Source: Chloroflexota bacterium (GTDB lineage: Bacteria; Chloroflexota; Limnocylindria; QHBO01). From it: a stretch of DNA of 64,000 bases. A program made the position numbers and the translations under genes. The stretch lies in the NCBI GenBank assembly GCA_038040195.1, contig JBBPIR010000001.1, positions 417,341-481,340 of the forward strand, written 5' to 3'. Shown here piece by piece: positions 12,173 to 21,830 of this stretch (position 1 is its first letter; the number at the start of each line of letters is the position of its first letter). The notes below the pieces were generated by a model. The model was not told the DNA's origin. It saw only the letters and a program-made list of their open reading frames with translations, and ran no database searches.

Positions 12173-12586
12173 TTGATTCTGCCGGGGGGCGGTGCTACCG
12201 TTCGGCGCCTCATGGACGCTGGCCTGCACGCGCCGCTCCCCGCGCCTCACGGTCGCGCGGAACGCCGCGCCCTGGCAAGCCGCGGGGAGTCCGCCGCCAC
12301 CGCCGCTCTGACCGTGCTCGGTCAGAAGTGGGTCCTGCGCATCATTCACGCCCTCGGCGAACGGACCCAGCGCTTCTGTGAGCTGCAGGACGCGCTGGGC
12401 GGCGCCAACTCGGCCACCCTGTCGCAGCGGCTCAAGCTCCTCGAAGACGAAGGCCTCATCTCGCGCCGCGTGGTGTCCTCTGTCCCGCCCTGGGTGGAGT
12501 ACTCCCTGACCCCCAAAGGCCGCGATCTGCATGAGGCCCTGGCCCCCATCGACCGCTGGGCGGACCGATGGGCCACCCTCGCCTGA
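12173..12586 (+). CDS. HxlR-family (MarR-like winged-helix) transcriptional regulator
   Basis: HxlR signature region (VLGQKWVLRIIHALGERTQRFCELQDALGGANSATLSQRLKLLEDEGLI). Confidence 0.7.
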   Translation: MILPGGGATVRRLMDAGLHAPLPAPHGRAERRALASRGESAATAALTVLGQKWVLRIIHALGERTQRFCELQDALGGANSATLSQRLKLLEDEGLISRRVVSSVPPWVEYSLTPKGRDLHEALAPIDRWADRWATLA

Positions 12587-12596
12587 GCCGAGCGGC

Positions 12597-13106
12597 ATGA
12601 GCCATCCGGTCGCCGAGACGGCGCCCGGCGAGCATATCGACGCCCTGGCATTGGTCCGGGACACGATCGCCGCAGCGGACGGGCCCGCCGAAGCAGGCCA
12701 ACGGGCGGTCGAGATCCTGTACGAGCGCTTCCCCAGCTACGACTGGGTCGGCATCTACTGGGTCGACTCGTCGGGGGCGGAGCTGGTCCTTGGTCCGTGG
12801 ACCGGCCCCGAGGCGACCGAGCACACCCGCATCCCGATCGGAACCGGAATCTGCGGTGCGGCGGCGGCCTCGGGCCAGACCGAGATCATCGACGACGTCA
12901 ACCTCGATCCGCGCTACCTGGCCTGCTTCACGACCACCCGATCGGAGATCGTGGTGCCCATCCACCACGAGGGAAAGGTCGTGGGCGAAATCGACATCGA
13001 CAGCTCCGATCCGGCAGCCTTCGGCCCGCCGGATGCACGCTTCCTGGAGGAGGTGGCGGCCCTGTTGGCGGCGCTGCGCCCGCGCCAGGACGAGCAGCCC
13101 GCCTGA
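12597..13106 (+). CDS. GAF-domain protein (free methionine-R-sulfoxide reductase-like GAF)
   Basis: GAF fold motifs (YDWVGIYWV...IPIGTGICGAAAASGQTEIIDDV...EIVVPI...VGEIDIDS); ATG at 12597. Confidence 0.7.
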   Translation: MSHPVAETAPGEHIDALALVRDTIAAADGPAEAGQRAVEILYERFPSYDWVGIYWVDSSGAELVLGPWTGPEATEHTRIPIGTGICGAAAASGQTEIIDDVNLDPRYLACFTTTRSEIVVPIHHEGKVVGEIDIDSSDPAAFGPPDARFLEEVAALLAALRPRQDEQPA

Positions 13107-13122
13107 CCGATGCTGGCCGGGC

Positions 13123-13335
13123 TCAGAGCCCGCCCAGGGCCATGAGGTAGGCGACCAGGTACGGCAGGGCCAGGACGACCACGACGATCCCCAGCGCCAG
13201 GCCGACCCAGGCAAAGACTTTCAGACTGGGCGGCGACGGGTGCTCGGGCGGTGGCGTGAGCCGGCGCGGCAGGCGCGGCGGCCGCCGCGGCGGCTGGTGC
13301 TCGTAGACGTGTGGCTTCAGCTCAGGCATCGCCAT
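13123..13335 (-). CDS. Small hypothetical membrane protein (70 aa)
   Basis: Pro-rich N-terminus then one TM helix; 14-nt overlap with the end of the upstream transketolase gene. Confidence 0.3.
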   Translation of the reverse strand: MAMPELKPHVYEHQPPRRPPRLPRRLTPPPEHPSPPSLKVFAWVGLALGIVVVVLALPYLVAYLMALGGL

Positions 13336-15691
13336 CCAGGCCGGCGGTCAGCTTCTGGAGTCGAGCATGACGCTGCGGGCGCTCGTTCGCATAGCGAGTG
13401 ATGCCGTCGATGATGTGCCCGGGCCCCAGGTGCGCCTCGTCGATGACCTCCTCGACCGTGCCGCCGGTCCGCCAGCGGTTGTCCCAGTCGGAGGACAGGG
13501 AATACGTCTCCCCGATCGGCCCCGTCACCCAATCGTGCAGGAGCTTGTAGGCGCGGTTGGTGATGGCCATGCCGTCGAGACGATCGGCCTCGGAGCAGAT
13601 CTGATCGCGGTACGCCGCATCCTGGAGACGGAACAGTTGGGGGCTGATGCAGGCCACGATCCGCACGTTGAGGTTGAGCCGGTCGATCTCGGGCAGGACC
13701 TTGATCACGTTGGCCGTGGTGGCAGTGCCCTGGACGTAGACCGTGCCGGCGCGCGGGCGGTCTGGGTCCGCATCCCGGACGAGGTACGCGCCGCGAGCCG
13801 CTTCGAAGTGCGAGGCCATGCCCAGCGCGGCGCGGTCGGGGATCTCGACCGCGGGGCGGGTCAGGTGGAGTGCCACGATGGGGACCGGCTGGGCCAGCGC
13901 CGCAGCCAGCACCACCGGCACTTCGTTGTGCTCCCACGGGTGGAGGTCGATGACATGCCCCTCGGGGAACAGCTGCGTGACCCCCGTTTCGAAGATGCCG
14001 AAGTGGGTCCGCGAGTCCTCGGCGGTCTCGGGGCCCGAGTGGCCGGCCACCCAGATCACCTTGCCCACCTTGAGCTGGCAGTCCTGGGCGAGCTGTGAAA
14101 AGAGCCGCATGGGCCCGTACTTGAGGTACGAGAACGACCCGTACGTGGAGCATGCGCCCCAAAAGCCATTGAAGGCCGTCATCGGGTCATCAGCCAAGTT
14201 GACGGAGGCCAGCCCGACCGTCACCCCGGCGTTCGTGAACTCGGTGATCTGCTGGGGCAGCAGCGCGCCGCGGAGGTTGGAATCCCGTTGGTACCAGCCC
14301 CAGCCAGGGAGATCCTCCCAGCCCTTGGCGAAGCCGGCGATGTTCGTCGACTCCGCGAGGTCCGCCGAGCAGGCGATGAACAGCGGGCGGTCGTACTCGG
14401 CCTTGGCGATCGAGTTGACCCAGGCTCCCCAGGATCCGAGGGCGGCCCGGTTGGCAACCTTCTCGCCGGGCGCTTTCCACATCGCGGCGGGATAGGCGGC
14501 GACGTCGGTGAAGCGTGGATCGTCGAAGATCTCAGCTCCGCGCCCACCCAGGTTGAAGCCGGGGAGCTGATCCGGCACCAGATCCGCCACCTCCACCAAC
14601 CGATCGCTGACGGCGTCCACGACCTCGGTGTGGCGGCGCAGGACCGAGATCGCCAGCTCCAGGTTGTGGCGCGCCTGCGCGGTTCGCTCGTCCACATCGG
14701 CGGGCGCGGGCTCGTCGACGCCGGCGTAGGTCACCCCGTGGCGCTCCATGAACTCGTGGCGCACGGCCCAGAACTCGGGGGCGTTCATGGGCCAGGGCGT
14801 GCCATGGCTCTTGTTGTCGTACTTTCCGTAGCCGCGGCCCTTCCGGGTACGGATCCAGGCCACCGACGGCACGCGGTCCGGGTTGTCGCCGCGGGCCGCC
14901 TCCAGCACGACCCGCGTCACCGGCCCCCATTCCGACCCGTCCATGGTCCCGGCCACTCGCCAGTGGTAGGCCTCGAACCAGCTCTGGGGGGTGCCGGGCA
15001 CAACGGACGAGATGGCCGGATCGTCGATCCCGTAGTCGTTCCAGTCGACCAGGTACACCAGGTTGTTCAGGCCGAGCCCCCATGCCGAGTTGCGCGTCTC
15101 GTGGCTCGCGCCGGGGGTCAATCCACCCTCACCCTCGACCACGAAGACCTTGACCTCCTCGCAGCCTGCAAGCTTGAGCGCCACCGCCTCGCCGGCCGAC
15201 GGCGGTGACCCATGGCCCGACGGACCGGTGTTCCACTTCAGGAATAGGGTCTTCCCCTCCATCTCGGCGTGCCCGGGCAGGCCGCCCCGACGGCGCAGCA
15301 GGAGCAGGTCCTCCCAGGTCAGCGCCCAGCGCCCGTCATCGGGGAACGCGAACTCCGGTCGCGGGTCACGCTCGTGGCGGGCGCGGAGGGTCTCGTTGAG
15401 CACGGCCAGGGTGGCGTAGATGAGCGGCACCGTGTGCCCCGCCGCCAGCACGAACCGGTCCGCGAACGGTAGCCAGGGGCGGCGGAGGTCCCAGCGCATG
15501 GCGCCGGACAGCATCAGCGCCACCAGCAGGTGGACCTTGGAGCGTGAGCCGCCGGGGTGGCCGCTCTGGCGATAGTTCAACGACAGGTCGATGCACTCGT
15601 CGATGACCTCGCGCAGCAGCTCCCAATTCGGGAACTGGCTCTCGGACTCGGCCAGCAGGCGATCCGTGCCGGCCGGCTGGACGGCGGTCAT
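13322..15691 (-). CDS. tkt: Transketolase (TPP-dependent), 789 aa
   Basis: N-terminal transketolase motifs (SGHPGGS...DRFVLAAGH...LIYA); middle pyrimidine-binding-like region (VVEGEGGLTPGASHE...LVYLVDWNDYGID); C-terminal transketolase domain. Confidence 0.75.
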   Translation of the reverse strand: MTAVQPAGTDRLLAESESQFPNWELLREVIDECIDLSLNYRQSGHPGGSRSKVHLLVALMLSGAMRWDLRRPWLPFADRFVLAAGHTVPLIYATLAVLNETLRARHERDPRPEFAFPDDGRWALTWEDLLLLRRRGGLPGHAEMEGKTLFLKWNTGPSGHGSPPSAGEAVALKLAGCEEVKVFVVEGEGGLTPGASHETRNSAWGLGLNNLVYLVDWNDYGIDDPAISSVVPGTPQSWFEAYHWRVAGTMDGSEWGPVTRVVLEAARGDNPDRVPSVAWIRTRKGRGYGKYDNKSHGTPWPMNAPEFWAVRHEFMERHGVTYAGVDEPAPADVDERTAQARHNLELAISVLRRHTEVVDAVSDRLVEVADLVPDQLPGFNLGGRGAEIFDDPRFTDVAAYPAAMWKAPGEKVANRAALGSWGAWVNSIAKAEYDRPLFIACSADLAESTNIAGFAKGWEDLPGWGWYQRDSNLRGALLPQQITEFTNAGVTVGLASVNLADDPMTAFNGFWGACSTYGSFSYLKYGPMRLFSQLAQDCQLKVGKVIWVAGHSGPETAEDSRTHFGIFETGVTQLFPEGHVIDLHPWEHNEVPVVLAAALAQPVPIVALHLTRPAVEIPDRAALGMASHFEAARGAYLVRDADPDRPRAGTVYVQGTATTANVIKVLPEIDRLNLNVRIVACISPQLFRLQDAAYRDQICSEADRLDGMAITNRAYKLLHDWVTGPIGETYSLSSDWDNRWRTGGTVEEVIDEAHLGPGHIIDGITRYANERPQRHARLQKLTAGLDGDA

Positions 15692-16890
15692 CCGGCGCTG
15701 GACGTGACGAGGTCGCCGGTCCGCTCCAGGCGCCCCAGGGAGTCGCCGATGCGGTCCACGGCTTCGAGGATGTTGTCCCGGCTATTGGCGTAGCTGAAGC
15801 GGAGAAATCCCTCCCCATGACGGCCGAAGGCCGTCCCCGCCAGCCCGCAGACGCCCGCGTCATACAACAGGTGGGTCGCGATATCGGTGCTCGAGCGACC
15901 GAACGAGCCGAGGTTGGGAAAGACGTAGAACGCGCCGTGCGGCATGACGCAGCTGACGCCGGGGACGGCGTTCAGTCCGTCAACCATCAGGGTCCGCCGG
16001 GCGATGAATTCTTCGCGCATGGCGTCGGCGGCGTCCTGGGGTCCGGTCAGGGCCGCGATCGCCCCGGCCTGGGCGAAGGCGTTGGTGCAGCTGACCGAGT
16101 TGATCACCAGCCGGCTGAAGGTCGGCGCCAGCCAGGCGGGCACGATCCCGTATCCGAGCCGCCAGCCGGTCATGGCGAACGTCTTGGAGAACCCGTCCAG
16201 GGTGATCGTTCGCTCCGCCATGCCGGGCAGGGTGGCGATCGACAGCGGCTCGCCCTCGTACTGGAGCCGGCCGTAGATCTCATCGGCCAGGACCACCAGG
16301 TCGTGCCGATTGGCGATGTCGGCCACCGCCCGCACGTCATCGGAGGTCATCACCGAGCCGGTCGGGTTGTGCGGGCTGTTGATAACCAATAGACGGGTCC
16401 GCGGGGTGACCAGGCTGGCCACCTCCTCGACGTCCATCCGGAACTCGCGTTCCTCGCGCAGGGGCGCCGCCACCGCCACTCCGCCCACGTACTCGGCCAT
16501 GCTCTCGTAAATCGGGAAGCCGGGGTTGGGGTAGATGACCTCGTCGCCTTCGTCGACCACGGCCAGCATGGCGTAGAACATGATCGGCTTGGCGCCGGGG
16601 GTCACGATCACCTGGTCGGGCGTGGCCTCGATCCCCTTCCAGCGCCTGACGTCGTCCGCAATCGCCTCCCGGAGCGGGGCGATGCCCTCGGCTGCGGTGT
16701 AATGGGTCATCCCCTCGTCCAGCAGGCCGCGCACAGCCGCGGCCTTGATGTGGCGCGGGGTATCGAAGTCCGGCTCACCGATCTCGAGATGAATCACGCT
16801 CCGCCCGGTTGCCTCCAGCGCTCGCGCGCGGGCGGCGGCCTCGAACGCGGTCTCGGTCCCGATGCGGGACATCCGCTCAGCCAGCTTCAC
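15688..16890 (-). CDS. Class I/II PLP-dependent aminotransferase (aspartate aminotransferase family)
   Basis: Fold-type I aminotransferase motifs (PGFPIYESMA, LLVINSPHNPTGSV, FSKTFAMTGWRLGY with PLP lysine); 4-nt overlap with tkt. Confidence 0.85.
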   Translation of the reverse strand: MKLAERMSRIGTETAFEAAARARALEATGRSVIHLEIGEPDFDTPRHIKAAAVRGLLDEGMTHYTAAEGIAPLREAIADDVRRWKGIEATPDQVIVTPGAKPIMFYAMLAVVDEGDEVIYPNPGFPIYESMAEYVGGVAVAAPLREEREFRMDVEEVASLVTPRTRLLVINSPHNPTGSVMTSDDVRAVADIANRHDLVVLADEIYGRLQYEGEPLSIATLPGMAERTITLDGFSKTFAMTGWRLGYGIVPAWLAPTFSRLVINSVSCTNAFAQAGAIAALTGPQDAADAMREEFIARRTLMVDGLNAVPGVSCVMPHGAFYVFPNLGSFGRSSTDIATHLLYDAGVCGLAGTAFGRHGEGFLRFSYANSRDNILEAVDRIGDSLGRLERTGDLVTSSAG

Positions 16891-17005
16891 GCACCCAAGT
16901 GTACCGATGGGCCGGCCCGACCGAATGGGCCATTGCGGGGCGGCTGGCGCCGCTTGCTATACTTTGCGAAGCGATTCCAATCTGCGCCGGGAGAACCCAT
17001 CACCC

Positions 17006-17410
17006 ATGACGCTCTCCGAGACGACCCCTCAGGTCACCTCCACCACCGAACTGCTCGTCAGCCTTACCGATGCGGCTGCCGCCAAGGTCACCGAGCTCAG
17101 GGCCCGCGAGGGCAAAGCGGAGGCCGCGCTGCGCCTGTTCGTGAAGAGCGGCGGCTGTTCAGGGTTCAGCTATGGGCTGGCCTTTGACGACTCCCGGGCC
17201 GATGACGACCGGGTGGAGCTCCACGGCGGAGTCCCGATCGTGATCGATGCCTACAGCGCCCAGTACGTGGACGGCGCCGAGATCGACTACGTCGACTCGC
17301 TGATGGGATCCGGCTTCGCCATCAACAACCCGAACGCGGTGAGCAGCTGCTCCTGCGGCTCGTCGTTCAACACCGATGGCTCGCCGGCCAAGGCCGGGGG
17401 CTGCCACTAG
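17006..17410 (+). CDS. Iron-sulfur cluster insertion protein (IscA/ErpA/HesB family)
   Basis: HesB motifs (LRLFVKSGGCSGFSYGLAF ... CSCGSSF) with three conserved Cys; ATG at 17006. Confidence 0.8.
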   Translation: MTLSETTPQVTSTTELLVSLTDAAAAKVTELRAREGKAEAALRLFVKSGGCSGFSYGLAFDDSRADDDRVELHGGVPIVIDAYSAQYVDGAEIDYVDSLMGSGFAINNPNAVSSCSCGSSFNTDGSPAKAGGCH

Positions 17411-17466
17411 GCGCTTCCGTTTTCGACTACCCCCCACGACCCCGGTCCCGCCACCGGGGTCGTCCT

Positions 17467-18321
17467 CTATCCGCTGACCAGCGCCCAGATCTGTCGGGCG
17501 CCCGTGACGCCCTTCAGCTCATGCAGCCCGCGGCCTTCGAACCGCAGCTCGGAATCCGCCACCAGCTCGTAGGTCGTGCCCGATACGAGCACCTCCCCGG
17601 CAGCCGCCAAGGCGGTCACCCGGCTAAGCACATGTACCGCCACGCCCCGGACGTTGTCGGGGATCAGCTCGATCTCCCCGGTGTGCACACCGATGCGCAG
17701 ACCAAAGCCGAGGTCTGCCGCAGCGTCGCGGATCGCGGCAGCACACCGGATGGCCCGTTCGGCACCGTCGAACATGGCGATGATCCCATCCCCCGTCGTC
17801 GTGGCCAGCTTGCCCCGGAACTTGTCGATCTGGCGCCGGCTCTCGGCGTTCAGGCTGGCCAGCATGGTGGCCCAGGACGCGGGGCCCACCCGCTCGGCGG
17901 TCGCGGTGGAGTCCACGATGTCGGTGCACACCAGCGTGGCCAGGGTGCGCTCGCTCCGAGCGGCTGCCGGCAGGGCGAAGGTGCGCATGCCCGCGAAGTC
18001 GTACTGGATCACCGGCTCGTCGCCCACCACCCAGGCGTCGTGGCCGGGCAGGACCTCATACAGCATCCCTGGCCCGACCTCCATCTCCAACCCGTCGGGA
18101 GTGATGTAGTGGAGCTTCCCTTCCATCACCAGGCCCAGGTGGTGGTACTCGCACCATTCGGTCTGGGCAATCGGCTTGACGTCCTTCGACCACTGCCAGC
18201 CGGGTTCTAACGTCATTAGGCCGACCACGAAGTCGCCCAGGTTCCAGATATCGGTCCGCCCGTTGGGGAGCATCCGCGTCTCGTCGGGCAGGTCGAGGGA
18301 TTTGCGTTGCATGTGGGCCAC
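17467..18321 (-). CDS. Cupin-domain / class III adenylate-guanylate cyclase fusion protein
   Basis: N-terminal cupin_2 beta-barrel (EYHHLGLVMEGKLHY); C-terminal class III cyclase domain (LVCTDIVDSTA ... TTGDGIIAMFDGA ... GVHTGE). Confidence 0.75.
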   Translation of the reverse strand: MAHMQRKSLDLPDETRMLPNGRTDIWNLGDFVVGLMTLEPGWQWSKDVKPIAQTEWCEYHHLGLVMEGKLHYITPDGLEMEVGPGMLYEVLPGHDAWVVGDEPVIQYDFAGMRTFALPAAARSERTLATLVCTDIVDSTATAERVGPASWATMLASLNAESRRQIDKFRGKLATTTGDGIIAMFDGAERAIRCAAAIRDAAADLGFGLRIGVHTGEIELIPDNVRGVAVHVLSRVTALAAAGEVLVSGTTYELVADSELRFEGRGLHELKGVTGARQIWALVSG

Positions 18322-18339
18322 CCGGGTTCTCCTTTCGGG

Positions 18340-19809
18340 TTACTCGCCGGAGCCGTCGTCTTCGAATGCGCTGGCGCCGGCCTCGATCGACCGGCGGGGA
18401 CGGCCCCCCAATGCGACCGGGATCGGCCTGGGCAATCCCGGTGGACGGACATGCCGGTCCACCAGCTGGCGGGTGCCATCGACGCCGAGGCGCTCGAACA
18501 GGAGGCCCAGCCGGGCGCGGAGGTTCTCCCCGATCGTGGCCTCGGCCTCCGGTCCGATCGACCACAGCGCGGCCTTGAAGGGGCCCAGCGCCTTTTTGCG
18601 GGTCTTGTACAAGAACTGCTCATCGGTCTCGCCGGGGCGGCGTTCATCGGCGCAGTTGGCGAGGCACCAGGCCATCATCTCGGCCTTCAGGTCAGCGGGC
18701 AGCCCGCCTCCGTCGTACAGGATGTTCTGGAAGCCGGTGGCGAGGTGGATCTCGGCGCACCCCGCGGCCGGGAAATGCCCGAACGCTTCCTCGGGAAGGG
18801 TGCTGGCGCCGTGCTGGACGCAGCCGGCCAGCCCGAACTCCTCGCGAGCCACGGTCGAGAGGCGTCCCAGCGTGTCGAAGTCGAGCGCCACCGGGGCGAT
18901 GCTGCCGTCCGGAAGCGCCATCCCACCGTGCGAGGTCCCGGTCTGGATGCTCACCTTCGAGATACCCGTGTGCCGATCCGCCTCGTCACCCAGGGCGGCG
19001 CGGTACTCGGCCAGGTAGGCGCGCAGCTCGGCCTCGTTCGAGTTCACCTTCCCCACCTCGCCGATCTCACCGCCGATGGAGATCGTCACCCCGGGCGGCT
19101 GGATTGAGCGCACCAGGCGAGTGAGGTCGGCCGTGCGCTCGGCGTTCACGCGCTGCTGCTCGGGGATGGTGGCAAGGTCGAGGTCGACCAGCGTGCTGGC
19201 GTCGATGTCGACATTCAGGAACCCCGCGCCCACCGCCTCGCGGGTGAGGTCGCGGAGGCCGGTCAGCTCGATGTCGGGGTCCACCCGCCAGCGGGTGGCG
19301 TTGAACTGGAAGTGGTCGCCCTGCAGGAAGATCGGGCCTACCCACCCCTCGCGCAGGCCGGCGGCCAGGATGACCGCGGTGTACTCGTCGGGGCGCTGGT
19401 CGCTATACGCCATCTCGCTCTTGGCGATCTCGAACACGAGCGCCCCCACCTCGCGTAGGCGAGCGACCGCGAACACAGAGCGGGCCGTCAGGTATGCGGC
19501 GGCTCGGACGTTGATGGCGGGGACGGTGAAGGCCGTGGGCGCGATCTCGCCGCGACCACGCGCGGCGTATAGCTCCTGGATGGAGGCCGATCCACAGCCA
19601 AGCGCCTGGCTGGCGGCCCAGATCACCCAGCGCTGGGCGTCGCGGAAGGCCGGGTCGGCGTGGAAGACCGCGTGGCGGACCAGCCGGTCGGTGAGCGGAC
19701 CCCGAAACGCAGCCGGATCGGTGACCACCAGTCCGTCGGATCCGATGATCGCGGCCGGCGCCAGTTCCGCCCGCAGCTCATCGAGGGAGGCCGCGGTCAT
19801 GGCCTGCAT
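18340..19809 (-). CDS. Class II (metal-dependent) ketose-bisphosphate aldolase family protein, atypically long (489 aa)
   Basis: Class II aldolase-like motifs (LQGDHFQ and IQTGTSHGGMA, resembling GTSHGAYK of FbaA); exact specificity unknown. Confidence 0.55.
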   Translation of the reverse strand: MQAMTAASLDELRAELAPAAIIGSDGLVVTDPAAFRGPLTDRLVRHAVFHADPAFRDAQRWVIWAASQALGCGSASIQELYAARGRGEIAPTAFTVPAINVRAAAYLTARSVFAVARLREVGALVFEIAKSEMAYSDQRPDEYTAVILAAGLREGWVGPIFLQGDHFQFNATRWRVDPDIELTGLRDLTREAVGAGFLNVDIDASTLVDLDLATIPEQQRVNAERTADLTRLVRSIQPPGVTISIGGEIGEVGKVNSNEAELRAYLAEYRAALGDEADRHTGISKVSIQTGTSHGGMALPDGSIAPVALDFDTLGRLSTVAREEFGLAGCVQHGASTLPEEAFGHFPAAGCAEIHLATGFQNILYDGGGLPADLKAEMMAWCLANCADERRPGETDEQFLYKTRKKALGPFKAALWSIGPEAEATIGENLRARLGLLFERLGVDGTRQLVDRHVRPPGLPRPIPVALGGRPRRSIEAGASAFEDDGSGE

Positions 19810-19810
19810 G

Positions 19811-20113
19811 CTAGCCCAGCCATCCCAGGCCGGCCAGGATGTTGAAGGCCAGCAGGGCCGCGATGGGCACGCCGATGACCGCCACCAGGACGTACCAGTC
19901 GCGGCCGCCGGTGGGGTCCGGATTGGGGCGCCGCGCCAGCCGACTGGACCACGCCACCACCGCGCTCAGCAGTGCCACGTACAGGACGGCGGCCAGGGGC
20001 GCCACGGCCAGCGCCACGCGCTGGATCCCGCCACAGTCGAGGGCCAACAGGCCCCCGGGCGGACAGGGCGTCGCGGCTTCGCGTAGGACGAGGAGCCCCA
20101 CCCCGGCCAGCAC
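19811..20113 (-). CDS. Small hypothetical membrane protein (100 aa)
   Basis: Three predicted hydrophobic helices; last in the respiratory gene string; no recognisable domain. Confidence 0.35.
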   Translation of the reverse strand: MLAGVGLLVLREAATPCPPGGLLALDCGGIQRVALAVAPLAAVLYVALLSAVVAWSSRLARRPNPDPTGGRDWYVLVAVIGVPIAALLAFNILAGLGWLG

Positions 20114-20171
20114 CGCGGCTGACCAGCCGACGTGGACGACGAGCAGCCGATTCAGGCGCGATGGGCCGGTG

Positions 20172-20759
20172 TCAGCCGGCCGCGCGAACGGAAGCCTCGG
20201 CCGCGGCCTTCGCCTCGCGGCGGCTGATGCGCCGGAACTCGTAGTACAGGTAGGCGAGGCCGGTTGCGCCTCCGCCGGCGGTGATCGCGCCCAGGCCGAG
20301 CGCGATGAGGGGGAACTGAGGCCCGGTGGTGGTGATGAAGGCGCCGCCGGCGACGTTGAACACCAGGTACGGGATCAAGAGCAGTACCACCGCCACGTAG
20401 TTGGCGAGCACGAACAGTCGCACCAAGGTCCAGCCCGGGCCGTGCCGTCCGCGGGACGCCTGCGTCATGGCGGCCAGGATGACGACCAGCACGACGTTGG
20501 TCCAAGCCACACCGTTGGCGACGATGTAACCCACGTTCGCCGAGAACTGGAGGAATGGGATGAACTGGGTGACGGCGTAGAAGACCGAGTTCGGGACGTA
20601 GGTGAACAGCCAGTACACGAACAGGAACATCGGCACACCCTTCATGGTGGCGATGAGCCATGTCTCGGACCCGAACAGGAGCCAGTTCGTGAAGTCATCG
20701 GCCTCGCCCAGCAGGCGAGCAAACAGGCCGCGACGCCTGGGCAGCGCGTAAGTCGTCAT
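20172..20759 (-). CDS. Hypothetical polytopic membrane protein (195 aa) co-operonic with the cytochrome bc genes
   Basis: Five or six TM helices; ATGA-type 4-nt overlap with the upstream dihaem cytochrome c gene. Confidence 0.5.
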   Translation of the reverse strand: MTTYALPRRRGLFARLLGEADDFTNWLLFGSETWLIATMKGVPMFLFVYWLFTYVPNSVFYAVTQFIPFLQFSANVGYIVANGVAWTNVVLVVILAAMTQASRGRHGPGWTLVRLFVLANYVAVVLLLIPYLVFNVAGGAFITTTGPQFPLIALGLGAITAGGGATGLAYLYYEFRRISRREAKAAAEASVRAAG

Positions 20760-21820
20760 TGGGTCTGGTCCAGCAGGAACGTGATCAGGGCCTGCAGCTG
20801 GTCTGCAGTGAGGTCACTCTCCGGGAACGGCGGCATCCCGGTATCAGCGTCGTCGTTGTAATTGGCCGCCGAATCGCGGATCCATTTCTCCAGGAACGTC
20901 CGCATGTCGGCGTCGTAGTCGGCCTGCATCTGACCAAGGCCGGACACCGGGACTGGGAGGTCGGTCACCAGCTGGCTGCCGATGGTCTGGAGGTTTGGCC
21001 CGATTCCTCCCTCGAGATTGCGCCCGTGGCAGCCGAAGCACCCGGCATCCTCGAACACCTGCGCGCCGGCCTCGGCCGTATCCGGGACCTCCTCAGGCGG
21101 GTTGGCGAGCGTCTCCTCCGCCCATTCGCCGATCATCGCCGTCAGGGCTTCGATCTGCTGGCGAGTCAGCGACCCGCCGTACTCTTGGCCCCAGGCCGGC
21201 ATGAGGCTGTTGATGTCCCCCGATCGCACGATCCCGCCCAGGGTGATGACCCACTGCACATAGTTGTTCAGGCCCTGCCGGCCGCCGGTCTGAAGCCATT
21301 TGTTGGCCAGGCTCAGGGAGTGCAGGTTCGGCCCGATCCCACCCGTGCCGTCGACACCATGGCAGCGCGCGCAGTTGGCGCCATATGGCGTGAGATGCGG
21401 GGGGCCCGCGGTGACGAGCAGGGTGCTTTCCACGCCCTGGGCGGCGACGGTGGTCTCCCCATCCTCGTCGAACTTGACCGGCGATGTCCTGGTGTCCTCG
21501 ATGACAACCTCGAACGGCCGCGTCCCCGTCCCGCTCACGGTGAGCTCGGCGCCGGTCAGGTTCTTGAAGCTGATGGTTGTGTTCACGAATACCGAGATTT
21601 CCGTGAGGGCAACCTCAGCCTGGGAGAACCCGGCATCGATGACATCCACTTCGATGGTGTACGTGTCGTCGGGTAGGAAGACCAGCAGCCCGAAGTCCGG
21701 CAGCTCCTCGGTGTCGACGACCTCGAACTCCCCGCGCCGCGGGGCGTCGGTTATCCAGTAGAAGGTGGTGAATGCCGCGAAACCGACCATCAGCGCCACG
21801 CCGAGCGCCTTCATCCGCAT
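20756..21820 (-). CDS. Membrane-anchored dihaem c-type cytochrome (bc-complex cytochrome c subunit, QcrC-like)
   Basis: N-terminal TM; two CxxCH haem-binding motifs (CARCH, CFGCH), each followed by Met-containing loops. Confidence 0.8.
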   Translation of the reverse strand: MRMKALGVALMVGFAAFTTFYWITDAPRRGEFEVVDTEELPDFGLLVFLPDDTYTIEVDVIDAGFSQAEVALTEISVFVNTTISFKNLTGAELTVSGTGTRPFEVVIEDTRTSPVKFDEDGETTVAAQGVESTLLVTAGPPHLTPYGANCARCHGVDGTGGIGPNLHSLSLANKWLQTGGRQGLNNYVQWVITLGGIVRSGDINSLMPAWGQEYGGSLTRQQIEALTAMIGEWAEETLANPPEEVPDTAEAGAQVFEDAGCFGCHGRNLEGGIGPNLQTIGSQLVTDLPVPVSGLGQMQADYDADMRTFLEKWIRDSAANYNDDADTGMPPFPESDLTADQLQALITFLLDQTQ

Positions 21821-21830
21821 CGGCGCACAC

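Noticed and set aside
19076-20861. Plus-strand ORFs 19076..20086 and 19839..20861
   Set aside because: Antisense to the class II aldolase and membrane-protein genes; no domain signal; low-complexity composition.
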